DNA from: Eledone cirrhosa
Taxonomy: Eukaryota
NCBI GenBank assembly: GCA_964016885.1
Contig: OZ024746.1
Span: forward strand, 67,146,001 to 67,210,000
Direction: 5' to 3'
Length of the DNA: 64,000 nucleotides
Shown here: positions 27,517-40,460 of the stretch, in pieces
How positions within the stretch are numbered: the first letter of the stretch is position 1
Layout: each line of letters opens with the position of its first letter
Made by a program: the position numbers and the translations under genes
The notes under the pieces: model-generated
What the model saw: the letters and a program-made list of their open reading frames with translations, nothing else
What the model was told of the DNA's origin: nothing
Database searches by the model: none

Positions 27517-29419
27517 TATATACATATATATATATATACACACACATACATATGTACACACATACACACACACACGTACACACACACACGCACACACACA
27601 CATATATATATATTCAAATGTAATATTTGGATATCTCACTTGGCAAATGGAATATTCAGTTCGCATGCGAGACACGATGTTATTCAATTCATACTCTCAT
27701 TCTCTCCCTACTATTAATTTATCTATCTCTATCTATATGCCTTTAAAATACTGTATTCCAATTATTTTCGTATATTTGCAAAGTTTCTGTTCATATTGTC
27801 ATTTCAATTGCCACTCTTATTAATGATGTTACTGTTGTTGTTTTTGTTATAGCTGGTGCCATTCCTTTTCATTCTTGCGCACTTCTCATATTAGAACTTA
27901 TATTAGTGTTTCTTATTATTTATCAATATCCTTGTTTTTGTAAATATCACCATTCTTTCATGTCGTCAGTTCATATAGTTGTTTACTCATTATTGTTTTT
28001 TTTTGTTGTTTTTGGTTGTTAAAGGCAGGTGTCAGCGGGGTTGGTGTGGACTGAAGTGTAAAGGTCTTTCACAATACCTTGGCTAAATAATGGATTTTGC
28101 AAAATATGTTTTTATAAAGGAAAAGCTGAGGTGGGTGTATTTTGAGAACAAAAAAATTTCGAATTTTTTCATACCTAATTTATTGGAAGGGATAAATAAA
28201 GGTGAACCTTTTTGATGTTTATATTATTTATAAATTGAATTGTTTGTTTACTCGTAATTTTATATGGTGTTACTGAGCTGGGAGATATAAGTTCTCTTTA
28301 GAAGCAAGGCAGTAGCTTTCATGCCTCCAAATGAAAGATATTTCAATCTAATAAAAGCAAAGGTTAAATAAAATGTAACACAAACTAAATAGAAAATGAA
28401 TTCAATTGAACATTAGGCACAGCAGAAAGATACAATATAGTAACGAAAAAAATATAATGTGAAATGCAAGAATAGCAGTGTTACTAGCGATGCTCCTCAA
28501 AGTGATGCAATTCAATACAGATTGGATCATGAAAATTGGAACATGAGAGAAACACGTCACACAATACACACTTCTTTAATGCCATGAGAATTGGAAAAGA
28601 AAGAGAGTGGGTTGCATATATTTCTCCACAAATGAGCAGTTTTTGAAGGCGCTGACAATTTATGGCACTGAGTTTGTCCCAGGGAAAGAGACGAGTTGAT
28701 AGCCTGAGATAGTGTGCATGGTACAGGAGGTTAGGGAACGCAGATGTAACAAGAAGTGCAATATGGTTGTCTTGAGTGAGTAAGGACATGCAAGACATGC
28801 TGAAGGTGACCACTAAATATCACAAAGCTATTCCGGAGATGTAACCTACTGGCGATTCACCAAGAAACGCAATTAAATTCATGGTGCTGAGCAGAAAGCC
28901 CACTTACTATATGTGTGCAAATAAGGGCAACCTGAGACATTTCATCCTATAGAATCTGGAAAAGCAAATCAACAGACAGTACTGAGTCCAGAGCCCCTTC
29001 CCTCAGTCGCAGCTCTTAGCATAGTTGAAATCATCCCCTGGTTATATACTGGGTGCTGTTGACCATGAAAACAGATTCCTTTGAACCTACCAATGCTAGT
29101 AGTAACATTGCATCATCTTAGTAGGATTTAAGAAAATGCAGGCGACAAAGTTAAAAAAAGAACGAACTACTGAATTTTCTGAGCCGAAACAATGCAATTG
29201 GAAACGTTATATTGATTCAGAACAAGCTAGCCTCCTATTTTGAAGAACATTATGGTGTGAGAGAATCCTGATAAACATCCAAATCTACAAAGGCCAACAG
29301 TAAAGGGAGGAGTGGAAGGCAATCGTGTTACTGGAGTACTCTTACTGTATCTAGGTGCTAGCTTCAAAATCGTGGGTGGACTGGGGTATTTATATATATA
29401 TATAAACAAATGGTCCTGT

Positions 29420-29566
29420 AACTAGACTAGTACATATTTATCGACCCCGAATGGATGAAAGGCAAAGTTACCCTAGGCTGGATTTGAACGCATAGATCAG
29501 AAAGCCCAAACAAATACCGCAAGGTATTCTATCCGTTGTTTTAACTACCCTGCCAATTCCCCACCT
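29420..29566 (-). mobile_element. SINE S1-related, diverged
   Basis: TTTATCGACCCCGAATGGATGAAAGGCAAAGTT ... CTGCCAATTCCCCACC. Confidence 0.7.
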
Positions 29567-29567
29567 T

Positions 29568-30105
<538 letters not shown>

Positions 30106-30107
30106 TT

Positions 30108-30278
30108 ATTTATTAAAATAACAGATTAAAGTTTAAGCAAAGAATCGCTGCTTTCACCCTTAACGGGATCTTCTGAAACTAATCTGTTATATTAATAAAT
30201 ATTTGCGCTACGGTTCTTATATGTTTGATATATATTTATTCTTATCGAGCCCTCTTTGGATTTTAGTCTTCAAATTTA

Positions 30279-30290
<12 letters not shown>
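30108..30290. mobile_element. PLE family C 3' end, fold-back form
   Basis: 30108-30182 is the inverted segment containing the CAGAAGA-core HHR; 30181-30290 is the direct tail. Matches 52620-52702 and 53875-54040. Confidence 0.8.
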
Positions 30291-30345
<55 letters not shown>

Positions 30346-30540
30346 GCGAAAAGTCAAGAAGGTAAAATTACAGTACAAAGGTAAAATAACAATACAGTAC
30401 AATTACTATATATATTAGTTTAACGTTTGATATAGTAGGAAAAGTCTCTTATATATGTGTTTATGTAATTTATCTCTATACGTATATTTTACCGTTCATG
30501 TAATATAATAAATAATTCAGCATTTGTTATATAGTTCTAC

Positions 30541-30862
30541 ACATAACTGTTTCTACTTTTGGCACAAGGCCAAATCATAAAGGGAGGTAACTCTATGCTG
30601 CAAAGCATGGCGTCCGACCCTCTACTGATACTGCCAATTCACCGCCCTACACATAATTGTTTCTACTTTAGGCACAAGGCCAGCAAATTACCCAGTGCAT
30701 TACTGGTACTTTATTTTATCGACCCCGTAAGGATGAACGGCAAAGTCAACCTCAGCGGTATTTGGACTCAGATCGTAAAGGGACGTAACTATGCTGGAAA
30801 GCATGGCGTCCGACCCTCTACCGATACTGCCAATCCACCGCCAATCCACCGCCCTACACATA
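30541..30862 (-). mobile_element. SINE S1 (full copy 30655-30856 plus internally deleted neighbour)
   Basis: Reverse complement of S1; a duplicated head and tail at 30545-30650. Confidence 0.8.
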
Positions 30863-32383
30863 ATGTAGCCTCTTTGCAATAGGTTTTGTACTAATAAATG
30901 TGTTCTTGTAGATAATATAGATTGGTGTTTATTATTGTTATTATTATTGTTGTTGTTCTTTCTGTTGTTGTTGCTCTTGCTGTTGTTGTTGCCAACACTG
31001 TTGTTGCTATTAATGTTGTTTTTGCTACTATCATCATCATTATCATCATCATTATCACCACTGTGTTAATTATTGTTTATAGTGACTCAAATCCCTTTTG
31101 TTGTTGCTTACAAATATTATTATTGTTTGTTTTTACATAATTGATTTTATTTTTGTCATCGTCTAATTAACACTAGTTAATGGGTTTACACGATATAAAC
31201 GCTCTTGTGTTCCTGGTCCTCTTTGAATATTCCTCCTTTATAGATTACATTGTAGATGGCACTAGTTTCTTGATTTTCTTGATAATATAGGCTCTTGACA
31301 TATATGGTCGGCTGATTTCATATTATTCATTGCCATGATCTCCGTTCAAATTGGCCATACGTTGAGGTTTAATTTTATTGCTGTTAATTTGGCAGTTTTC
31401 TTTTTTTTTATATTTGGAACAGTTATGATACTTTCTAATTATGGAATTTGGGTTTGAGTTATATAGTTGTTTAAATAAGTTCATATAATAAAGCTGAAGT
31501 AGATTTTAAGGTGTACCAGCCTTTGTGCATTGCAGTATGATCAATTTCGTGGAAGGTTTTAGTTTATATACATTGCTGCATAAAGTACAGTGTTAAAATT
31601 TAGAAAGTTTAGCGTTGTTTCATGTAATGTATTGTAAAGTGTATGATTCATATTACCGTATATAGAATGCGTATTGTTGTATGTAGTTATATCAAGTTTT
31701 AAGAATGGTGAAGTAGATGTGTATTCAATGTATTCAATATGCTTTTGCTTCAAGTAAATAGAGATAGGTGCCACAACGCTGTAGCTATATTCTCATATTC
31801 CGATATTTGCATATGGCATAGGCTCGAATTATTGACGCTGTTTCTCCTGTTTTAAAACTTGGTTCTGTATGTATTTCTCTTCGTCTCTTTATAGTCTCAT
31901 TTGATCTGTATTGTATATATTTTTCCATTTTTCACAATCCATTGTCATAGATTATTTTGTATTATTTGCGTATTTCCCAGTTTAGGAGTTTTTTGGTGAT
32001 CGAAATTATTGTTGTTTTACACATGCTGTTGATTAGTTCATAATTATTTACAGTAAGTTTAAACTCCATGCCGTTTGTTTTATAGAAAAAGAAAACAATC
32101 TGATACTTTGCTTACGGTATATTTACGATCATTTTATTTACAGCTGATATCCGATGGGAATATGATAAACTACGGTTTACGCGTCGGAACGTCACGATAT
32201 TATGGAAAAATGATTGGCGGAATGATTTTCAGAATGAAAAAATTATTTTCATTCAGAGCTTTTTCTTCTCGTCACATGGAAAGTACTTATGTTAATGTAA
32301 AAGGGATTTTCACATTAACACGGTAATATGAACATTTTCTGTTCTTGATAATATTTCTATTATTATATATATATATGAGTGTG

Positions 32384-32458
<75 letters not shown>

Positions 32459-32501
32459 ATATCTATGTATATATATGTGTGTGTGTGTCTGTGTGTATGT
32501 G

Positions 32502-32549
<48 letters not shown>

Positions 32550-32565
32550 CAAACATATACGTATC

Positions 32566-32635
<70 letters not shown>

Positions 32636-32712
32636 GCTTCAATATGTGCGTTCCATAAAATCTTAACGTGTTAGATCAGGAATAATATTTTTCATACGCC
32701 TTGAGACTTAAT

Positions 32713-33347
32713 CTAAAGACCCGCACCGTCATCATCAGTCACCAAAAGAGGCACAATTACCAAAATCCCAATAACTGTGCTGATTGTAATGATTAGAAAA
32801 GTCCAGAAGAGTAATTTATCAATGACGAGTGCCACTTGTTTCCATTCGTCCATAATTGCATTTTGATTGTCTTCTTCGTCACTTTTAGCAACCAGCAGCC
32901 TCAAATACTTTAGTGCCTCCTCTGAGAAAAATGATCGACGTTCGTGTTCCGGAAGGTCACTGCCGTTGTCTCCGGCGAAAGGGTTCTGCGCTCTCGTACT
33001 GGAAAACTCTGTCCTTATATCTGATAACATTCCGATTTCCCTTCTATATGGTTTCGGATTTGTTGAAACACTCACCTCGTTCATTAACTTCGTACACATC
33101 TCATTCGGGTCAGCAAGTCTTTCAGCAGCAGCAGCACTTGGCTTCATGTTGACTCGACGACGCCGGGAGAACCGACATACTGGTTTGCAGCGACATCGTA
33201 GGAAACTTGATAGGCCTTTCAAAACGAAACGCCGCACCCACGGTGGAACCTCACGTTGATTTGGGACGCAGTGATGAAGTTTCATCACCATTACTGACAA
33301 TACTACGGACACAGATGACATGGCCATCGAGACTGTGAGATAGATAC
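32713..33347 (-). CDS. Nicotinic acetylcholine receptor-like (Cys-loop) subunit, last exon: M3, cytoplasmic loop, M4
   Basis: Acceptor ttttcttccccAG|GT at 33349-33347. Reads (G)IYLTVSMAMSSVSVVLSVMVMKLHH..EVPPWVRR..EWKQVALVIDKLLFWTF.. to TAG. The phase-1 junction is compatible with the upstream exon. Confidence 0.95.
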
Positions 33348-33703
33348 CTGGGGAAGAAAAGACATAAAAATATTAAGTTATTATTGAAATAAATTTATTA
33401 TAGTTTTCATATCAAACTCTTTAAAATAAGCATCCGTAAATTTAAAGTCAATGTTTCGTATGCTAAAACCATATAAGTCTTAGCCTAATTTGTCTCAGTA
33501 GCGAGTGCTTAAATGTCACTAATGATGGAGAATAAACACGAAATAGGTATCAGGAATTCTCATCACTACTGAAATAACTATGACATGATCACAGCATTTA
33601 TAAATTTCATAGCAAGACTTTCATATATTTATTATACATAAACATATTCTATATGCTATCGTATACAGCTATGTTATGCATACACACACGCTCACACACA
33701 CAC

Positions 33704-33747
<44 letters not shown>

Positions 33748-35233
33748 TATATATATATATACATATACATATACATATATATATATATGTGTGTGTGTGC
33801 GTGCGTGTGTGTGTGTGTGTATATGTATGTAATGACATATATTATATATATATTATTACGTTCATTTGTATATATTTCTGTTTGTTTATGTATGTGTGTC
33901 TACTTATGTAGACGTTCTGTAATATATATGTATTCCTGTAATATACATAACACTTAGAACTTTACCATATCAATTATCTGTGTATATTACAGTCTAGACG
34001 TAGACCACTGATCTTAATTAGAGTCCAAGCGATACTTCACATATAATAAGCTTAAAATCTAAAACATGACTAATAATTTAGAATTTTAACCCATTAAATG
34101 TTTGTAAACATTCATTAATGTATCCTCTAAATATAGATAAACATATTTTGCGTGTGTTTTTTGGAAACAACCGATTTGAAGAAACATCAAAATTTCTAAA
34201 TGCGCATTGAAGAATTATATATTGCTATAAGTCATTCAGAATAAGAATATTTGATATCATCAGTTCCACACTTTGCAGCAGCGTCACTCCCAGTAAGACA
34301 CTGCCTGAGCTATTTTTATTTAATTTCACCTGTCTTACTATTAGATGTGTATCAGAGCATAAGTGATGATATTTTCCAGGAGATTCATAGGATGTTTTGA
34401 AAGCCAGATTTAATTTCATATATGAGCACAAAACAGCAGAAATCTGGGAGGGTAATGTTTGTCGAATTAGATTCACATTAACACACGTCATATAATCGCG
34501 TTTTTCTTCCCATTTCCCATGTAATGAAAACAACATTAATTAGGAACTGGCTGGAGTTCATTTAGAATATAAAAAGGCAATCGCAGTTATTGTGCAATAT
34601 TTATGCTTTATTTTTACAAAAATGTAAATATAAATATAAATACTGTATGGAAACATTTTTATGTAATACATGTCATGTGGAGTTTCCTTTTCTTACAATC
34701 GGACAGGCAATAAAGCTATAAATTTAAGTTATGCTCGGGAATATTATTCCTAAACAAGAAAAAACATTTAAGAATAGATGTTTAAAGATATGAATATTTT
34801 TTTAAAATATCATACTAACAATTGTCTTTGTAGTCTTGGTAGAAGAATATATATTATCTGCCTTAAGATGCAAGAAAAATATAATTGAATTTTAATGTAC
34901 CTTTATGTTTGAATCTTTTATATTATTTCAACAACTATTATTTCATATTTATTAATGTATAGTGTCTCATATCATTGTGATTGTATTTATTCAAGGACTG
35001 AATATAATCTCTGTCACTACTGAGTGGTGGTTGAGGTGATGATTGTTTTGTTGTTTTTTGTTGTTGTGGTGGTAGAAATTGTGGTCGTTATATGGACGGA
35101 AGCTAATTTAGATGCAGTGATGTCATCGATTAACTCTTGTTGTAGAACCTATTTCACAATGTCAAATATATAGCCTGCATAACAACAATATATACAATAC
35201 ATATTTAAGAAATATTATTTTTAAGTTACTTAC

Positions 35234-35769
35234 CGATGAGGGGTACAAATTCCGATGTGGGAGGCATACTGTCAGCTACAAGTAGCATAAAGACTGAGTA
35301 CGATAGAAGAACTGTGATGCCGAGAGTCATTTTCTCACCGGCGTCTGGTGGAAGGGCGAAATTTAACACACTTAGTATGTTCAGCCAGAAACATGGAGCA
35401 ATAATGTTTAGCACGTAGTACAGAACTCTGCGACGAATGACCAAAACAACGGTAACGTCGGGATACACGGCGTCACCGATTGGGTACACTGTCTCGTTAC
35501 GAACGATTTCGAACCTGCTTAGTCGCCACTCTCCATTGGTCACATAACTTGATACGTCAACAAAATCAGCCTGATTGAGCAGATCAACTTGAGCCTTGTC
35601 ATATGTCCATGAGCCAAACTTCAGTTTGCATATTTGTGTGTCAAATGGAAAATATGTTATATCCACTTTACACGAGCTTCGAAGCCGTACGGGTGGTGAC
35701 CAAAACACATTTCCGTTATCATGTACCATTGCATTCACATTCATAAATCCAGTTGTGTAATCATCAGCA
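35234..35769 (-). CDS. Nicotinic acetylcholine receptor-like subunit (alpha9/10-like), internal exon: Cys-loop, loops B/C, M1, M2
   Basis: ttacAG|T GCT GAT GAT ... CTC ATC G|GTAAGT, 536 nt. Motifs SSCKVDITYFPFDTQIC (Cys-loop), FGSWTY, IRRRVLYY, GEKMTLGITVLLS, PPTSEFVPLIG. Confidence 0.95.
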
Positions 35770-36544
35770 CTGTAATATAAAAAAGAAGAGATGAAGTTAA
35801 TATTCCGATTATTACATAATAACGATTAATATTGAGGCACAAATTCCAGATCTCTTTGTAACTGAAAATATGCTGGGGATATAAAAGCTGAAGTCTATCT
35901 ATTCAGAGTTTAAACTCAAAACTAAATAATTACCCGAAGTCTTTAGGCAAGTTGCCGTTCAATTTTCTCCTCTTAAGCAACCGCTTTTCTTATAAAAATG
36001 ATGGGCTGATTTTTTCTCGAATGGGTTCAGTGTTAGATAAACATATTGTGAACTGACACAGCTTCAAATAGGAATCGGGAACATATCGCAGATTCCAGCC
36101 TTTACATTGTCACCAGTATTACTTTGTGATAAATTACCGATCACAATACTTCGATTGGAATTTAACCTGGAAAGATTTATATTTAGGCTAAATCAACAAT
36201 GCTACCAATGTCGGGCGATGAAACCTTTAACAAATGGAATGAATTCGTGTAGCTTACACATCACTCCGTAAGGATTCTTCCTTATTTGATAATTACATTG
36301 CCGATATCGCTTACAATTTATGAATGAACGCACATTCAAGGGGTGATATCAAGTTGAATTTTCATACTTCAGTACCAATGACAGCTCACTAGCCATGTAC
36401 CGAGATGGGTTTAGTCCTTAATACTTTCCCTCATACTATTATGTCAATGCTGGAGGTCAATATATAGTATAACATGCATGTGAATATATCTCCTCTAAAC
36501 ATCACTTGGTGATTTTATTTAACAATATTATTATATATATATAT

Positions 36545-36645
36545 AGTTTTAATATAGATGAGATTCTACAGGACTAGAACTGTTTCATTCATTAGAAATC
36601 ATCATGAATCTGGGTAGCAACAAATAAATAAGGTATTTATAGGTA
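36545..36645 (-). mobile_element. PLE-tail family F3 fragment
   Basis: Matches 14487-14560; the HHR core has C3>A (ATGATGA). Confidence 0.75.
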
Positions 36646-36679
36646 TATAAATATGTGTATATATGTGTATATATGTGTG

Positions 36680-37270
36680 TCATGTCACCAGTTGGTGCTA
36701 TTGGTAACATGTATTCCAGTACAACGTGTCCCATGGTCGGGTCATTGGCGACTAAACTGGCAACCCCACCAAGGTTTCTTGGTGAGGAGGGTAACTTTGG
36801 ACATCCTGCAGGACTAAAAACAAAAGCTGTCAAAGGGCAAAGGAGCTCTTAAGAGTCAATTGCCATCCAAAACCACCGGGAGAGATGACCCCTTAGCCTT
36901 TGTCAAGGCAGAATTCTAGGAGAAGGAAAACTCTGATATAACACCTGCAACCATGATGGTATCCAATGAGTCTGACTTGTTCTTCTTGGTTAACAGAGTG
37001 GGACTGGCTTTGTGCAGTGCCTTTGCTCAGCATAAAAGCTTCACGGCACAGGCTTGCTTTATATCTGGAGATCTCTCTGCACTTGTCGTCACATGGTACC
37101 ATGGGCCCAGCACTATGTGTCAATAATTGTCACAAGTGTAGTGTTTGTACCAGAGTTTTCAAGTCGCTGGCAGGACTAAAAAGGCACACTCGTTCAGCGG
37201 CATCGGTAGGGTTCTCCTACATGGATATAAAGTAGTGGCCGTACTCGAAAACGAGTTGGCAGCCACCATC
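36680..37270 (+). mobile_element. Internally deleted RTE-derived non-autonomous element
   Basis: RTE-like 5' UTR (TAAACTGGCAACCCCACC ... GGAGAAGGAAAACTCTGAT) joined to an RTE-like C-terminal C2H2 segment ([20 protein letters not shown]) and 3' hairpin CTCG-aaaa-CGAG; ends in (TA)n. Confidence 0.6.
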
Positions 37271-37308
37271 TATATATATATATGTACGTGTGTATATGTA
37301 TGTGTATA

Positions 37309-37381
<73 letters not shown>

Positions 37382-37420
37382 ATATATGTGTATACATGTA
37401 TATGTATGTGTGTATGTGTG

Positions 37421-37513
<93 letters not shown>

Positions 37514-37870
37514 ATATGTGCGTGTGTATATATACATGTGTGCGTATATGTATGTATATGTATGCGTGTATGTGTGTGTGTATATATATATATTCGTATA
37601 TGTATGTATATATATATGTGTGTGTATGTATGTGTGTATATGTGTGTGTGTATATTTATATGTATATGTGTGTGTGAGTGTGTGTGTATGTATGTATATA
37701 TGTATATATATATATATATGTATATTTATATATATATGTGTGTATATATATATATATGTATGTATGTGTATGTATATATGTGTGTATATGTGTATATATA
37801 TGTGTGTATATGTGTGTGTATGTATGTATGTATGTATGTATGTGTATATATATATATATGTATATGTATA

Positions 37871-37918
<48 letters not shown>
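37271..37918. repeat. Compound (TA)n/(TG)n low-complexity block
   Basis: Direct reading; source of the 258-aa and 214-aa spurious ORFs. Confidence 0.95.
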
Positions 37919-37923
<5 letters not shown>

Positions 37924-38170
37924 GCCTTAAATAAGAAAATTATGAAAATCGACTTACTAAAATTTCGTAAGGTTTCTCTATGGGTACGCTCCGTAACCAT
38001 ATTTATTCCCTTACAGAAACTAATTAGTTGGAGTGAAATTTTAGTAAGTAAGTCGATTTTCATAATTTTCTTATTTACGTCTTTCATATAATTGTTCTGC
38101 ATCCCCTAGCATAGAACCGCAAAGTTACTAAGACAAAACATATATATTTGCTAGCATAGGTATGCATCTG
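37917..38170 (+). mobile_element. Fold-back insertion with ~50-bp inverted arms
   Basis: ATGAAAG..TAAATAAGAAAATTATGAAAATCGACTTACTAAAATTTC pairs with GAAATTTTAGTAAG..TCGATTTTCATAATTTTCTTATTTA..CTTTCAT across a ~65-bp spacer; tail to (TA)n. Confidence 0.65.
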
Positions 38171-38200
38171 TATACATATACATATGTTGGTAGATATACT

Positions 38201-38247
<47 letters not shown>

Positions 38248-38634
38248 TTTTTCTCGACTGGCCTCTTCCTCGCACTTCCACTCACTCACTCTCTGCTTCT
38301 CCCCTTCTCACTTCCTTCCGTTTGGCCTGAAGTGGGGTCCTATCTTGCTCACACCTCACTCGCGTCGGACGTTCTGCTGTTTCTCTCTCGCCCATGAAAT
38401 CCACACAGCTTAAGCTGATCGGATTCCCATGTGTTTTTTTTCCCTATCTTTGCGTTGCTATCCTTCTATGTTGGTTTACTTGTCCCAATAGCTTTATTTA
38501 GCTATTGCTCGCACCAACTAGAGGTATATGATATTTTATGCGATGAAATACCAATGAAGGTTGGTAAAAAACTGATGAAGGACTATTTTTATCATATGTA
38601 ACACATGTGCAACCACGCAGTATTCATTCTTCTC

Positions 38635-38671
<37 letters not shown>

Positions 38672-38677
<6 letters not shown>

Positions 38678-38985
38678 ATACTTGGGGAGGGTCATATTTG
38701 TGTAATATTGCCAGAATTAATAACAGAACACACTCACTGTTTGGTTGGTTTTCGCTTTTCGCTTCTGTGTCTTTTATATCGGTAACCTAATTTACTCGGT
38801 CCTCAATGTTGCAATTGACTGACCGACGGTCAAAAATAATACAGATACGATATAGACACAATATAAAAGACACAGAAGCGAAAAGCGAAAACCAACCAAA
38901 CAGTGAGTGTGTTCTGTTATTAATTCTGGCAATATTACACAAATATGACCCTCCCCAAGTATAACAATATTTGTTTCGACACACG

Positions 38986-38991
<6 letters not shown>
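38672..38991. mobile_element. PLE family A 3' end, fold-back form
   Basis: 38672-38860 matches 4420-4600; 38861-38991 is the reverse complement of the same tail. (TA)n on both sides. Confidence 0.85.
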
Positions 38992-39019
<28 letters not shown>

Positions 39020-39022
<3 letters not shown>

Positions 39023-39468
39023 TCGTGTGTATTAGCTTTTAAAGAATTTCCCTTTTCTTTAAATCCATCAACCATGACCGACCCCCAACGATCTTATAGA
39101 CACCTGAAATATAGGCATTGTTGGCTTAAGAGAAACTTAAAAATAAGGAGTGGCACCACATTCTAAACTTGTTTATAGAATTCTTTCAGCCTGTGTTACT
39201 CTAAATATAAATTATAGCTTTAAAGAATTAGCTTTTAATGAATTCCCTTTTCTATCAACCAATGACCTCTACCCATCCAACTCCCTACCCTCTCCTACCA
39301 CCTGAAAAGACCTATAAATACCATATTTATTTTTTGATACCCAGATTCCTGATGATTTCTAAAGAATGAAACAGTTCTAGTCCTGAACAATCCCATGTAT
39401 ATTAAAACTGTTATACTCTGCTATGTATTGAGTACCTTACTTACCTGGTTACCTCCGATTCAACCCGG

Positions 39469-39473
<5 letters not shown>
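39020..39473 (+). mobile_element. PLE-tail family F3, longer direct copy
   Basis: Ends ..GGTTACCTCCGATTCAACCCGGAATAA(TA)n, the reverse complement of 14418-14445; HHR core at ~39343-39393. Confidence 0.75.
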
Positions 39474-39524
<51 letters not shown>

Positions 39525-39526
<2 letters not shown>

Positions 39527-39720
39527 CGGAGGAAATGTGGTAAGGAACCAGGTGGACCATAACGCACCAAAGTACTCAAAACTTAGGGTAGTAGAGTGGG
39601 TAATAGGAACGAGTAGGACCCTGACGGCTGAGCTCAAGCCGTTTTGACGGCTAATTCTGGACCAGAATTAGCCGTCGAAACGGCTTGAGCTCAGCCGTCG
39701 GGGTCCTACTCGTTCCTATA
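39525..39720 (-). mobile_element. Fold-back PLE-tail family F2, copy 3
   Basis: Near-identical to 14734-14930; loop GAC at 39660-39662. Confidence 0.8.
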
Positions 39721-39727
39721 TATATAT

Positions 39728-39990
39728 GTAAGAATATTTTCGAAACAGCGAGTGGGTTTGAAATAATTAGAAATGTAAGCTATTGCGCTATTTTGACTAA
39801 AGAAATTAAAGAAATTATTTAGCCTAATAGTGGGGTTAAGAACCCTCGGAGAAATGGAAAAATATGAGTATTGACGTCAATACTCATATTTTTCCATTTC
39901 TCCGAGAGTTCTTAACCCCACTATCAGGCTAAATAATTTCTTTAATTTCTTTAGTCAAAATACGGCGATAGCTTACATTTATAATTATAT
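39728..39990. repeat. Spacerless ~220-bp palindrome with one-sided tail, in (TA)n
   Basis: Centre TTGAC|GTCAA at 39875/39876; arms of ~110 bp with few mismatches. Confidence 0.85.
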
Positions 39991-40186
39991 ATATATATAT
40001 GAATGTAATACTAGTAGCCGGTAACTATAAATAAAACTTAGGAAAATCATGTAAAGTACATCTACGGACGGGAGAAGTGGACAGAGGTGTGTTTGGGATT
40101 AACCCCGCAACGCCCAGATGTGGACAAGTTAGTTAGTTATTATGCTACTGGGTCAGAACTTCTCAACTAATATTCATATTATGTGT

Positions 40187-40460
40187 GAAGGCGCGTGGCT
40201 TAGTCTTTGGGGTATCCGGCTCACAATCATAAGGTCATGAGTTCGATTTCTAGCAACACGTTGTGTCCTTGAGGAAGAGATTTTATTGCGAAGGGCTAAA
40301 ACTTTGATATTCTGTGTCACGCGTAATCTCCCTGAGAACTATGTTAAGGGTAGGCGTGTTTGTGGAATGCTCAACCGCTTGCACGTTAATTTCACGAGCA
40401 GGTTTTCCGTTCATTATATCAACTGGAACACTCATCGTTGTAATCGATGGAATGCCAGTT
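40187..40460 (+). mobile_element. tRNA-derived SINE, family S2
   Basis: GGCGCGTGGCTTAGT (A box) ... GAGTTCGATT (B box) ... TTGTGTCCTTGAG. The 3' half is homologous to 58590-58830 (-). Confidence 0.75.

Noticed and set aside
28480-29100. Possible old CR1/L2 LINE 3' fragment
   Set aside because: Motif similarity too weak to call.
31170-32060. Possible decayed PLE RT/thumb on the minus strand (SPFLKLDI..); similar texture at 10040-11090
   Set aside because: No unambiguous motif.
32867-33259. Plus-strand 130-aa ORF (also 4824-5234 and 5280-5639)
   Set aside because: Antisense shadows of real minus-strand coding sequence.
32713-35769. Calling the receptor a chemotactile receptor or assigning CHRNA9/10
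   Set aside because: Loss of the vicinal cysteines is not diagnostic, and orthology needs a phylogeny, so no gene symbol is given.
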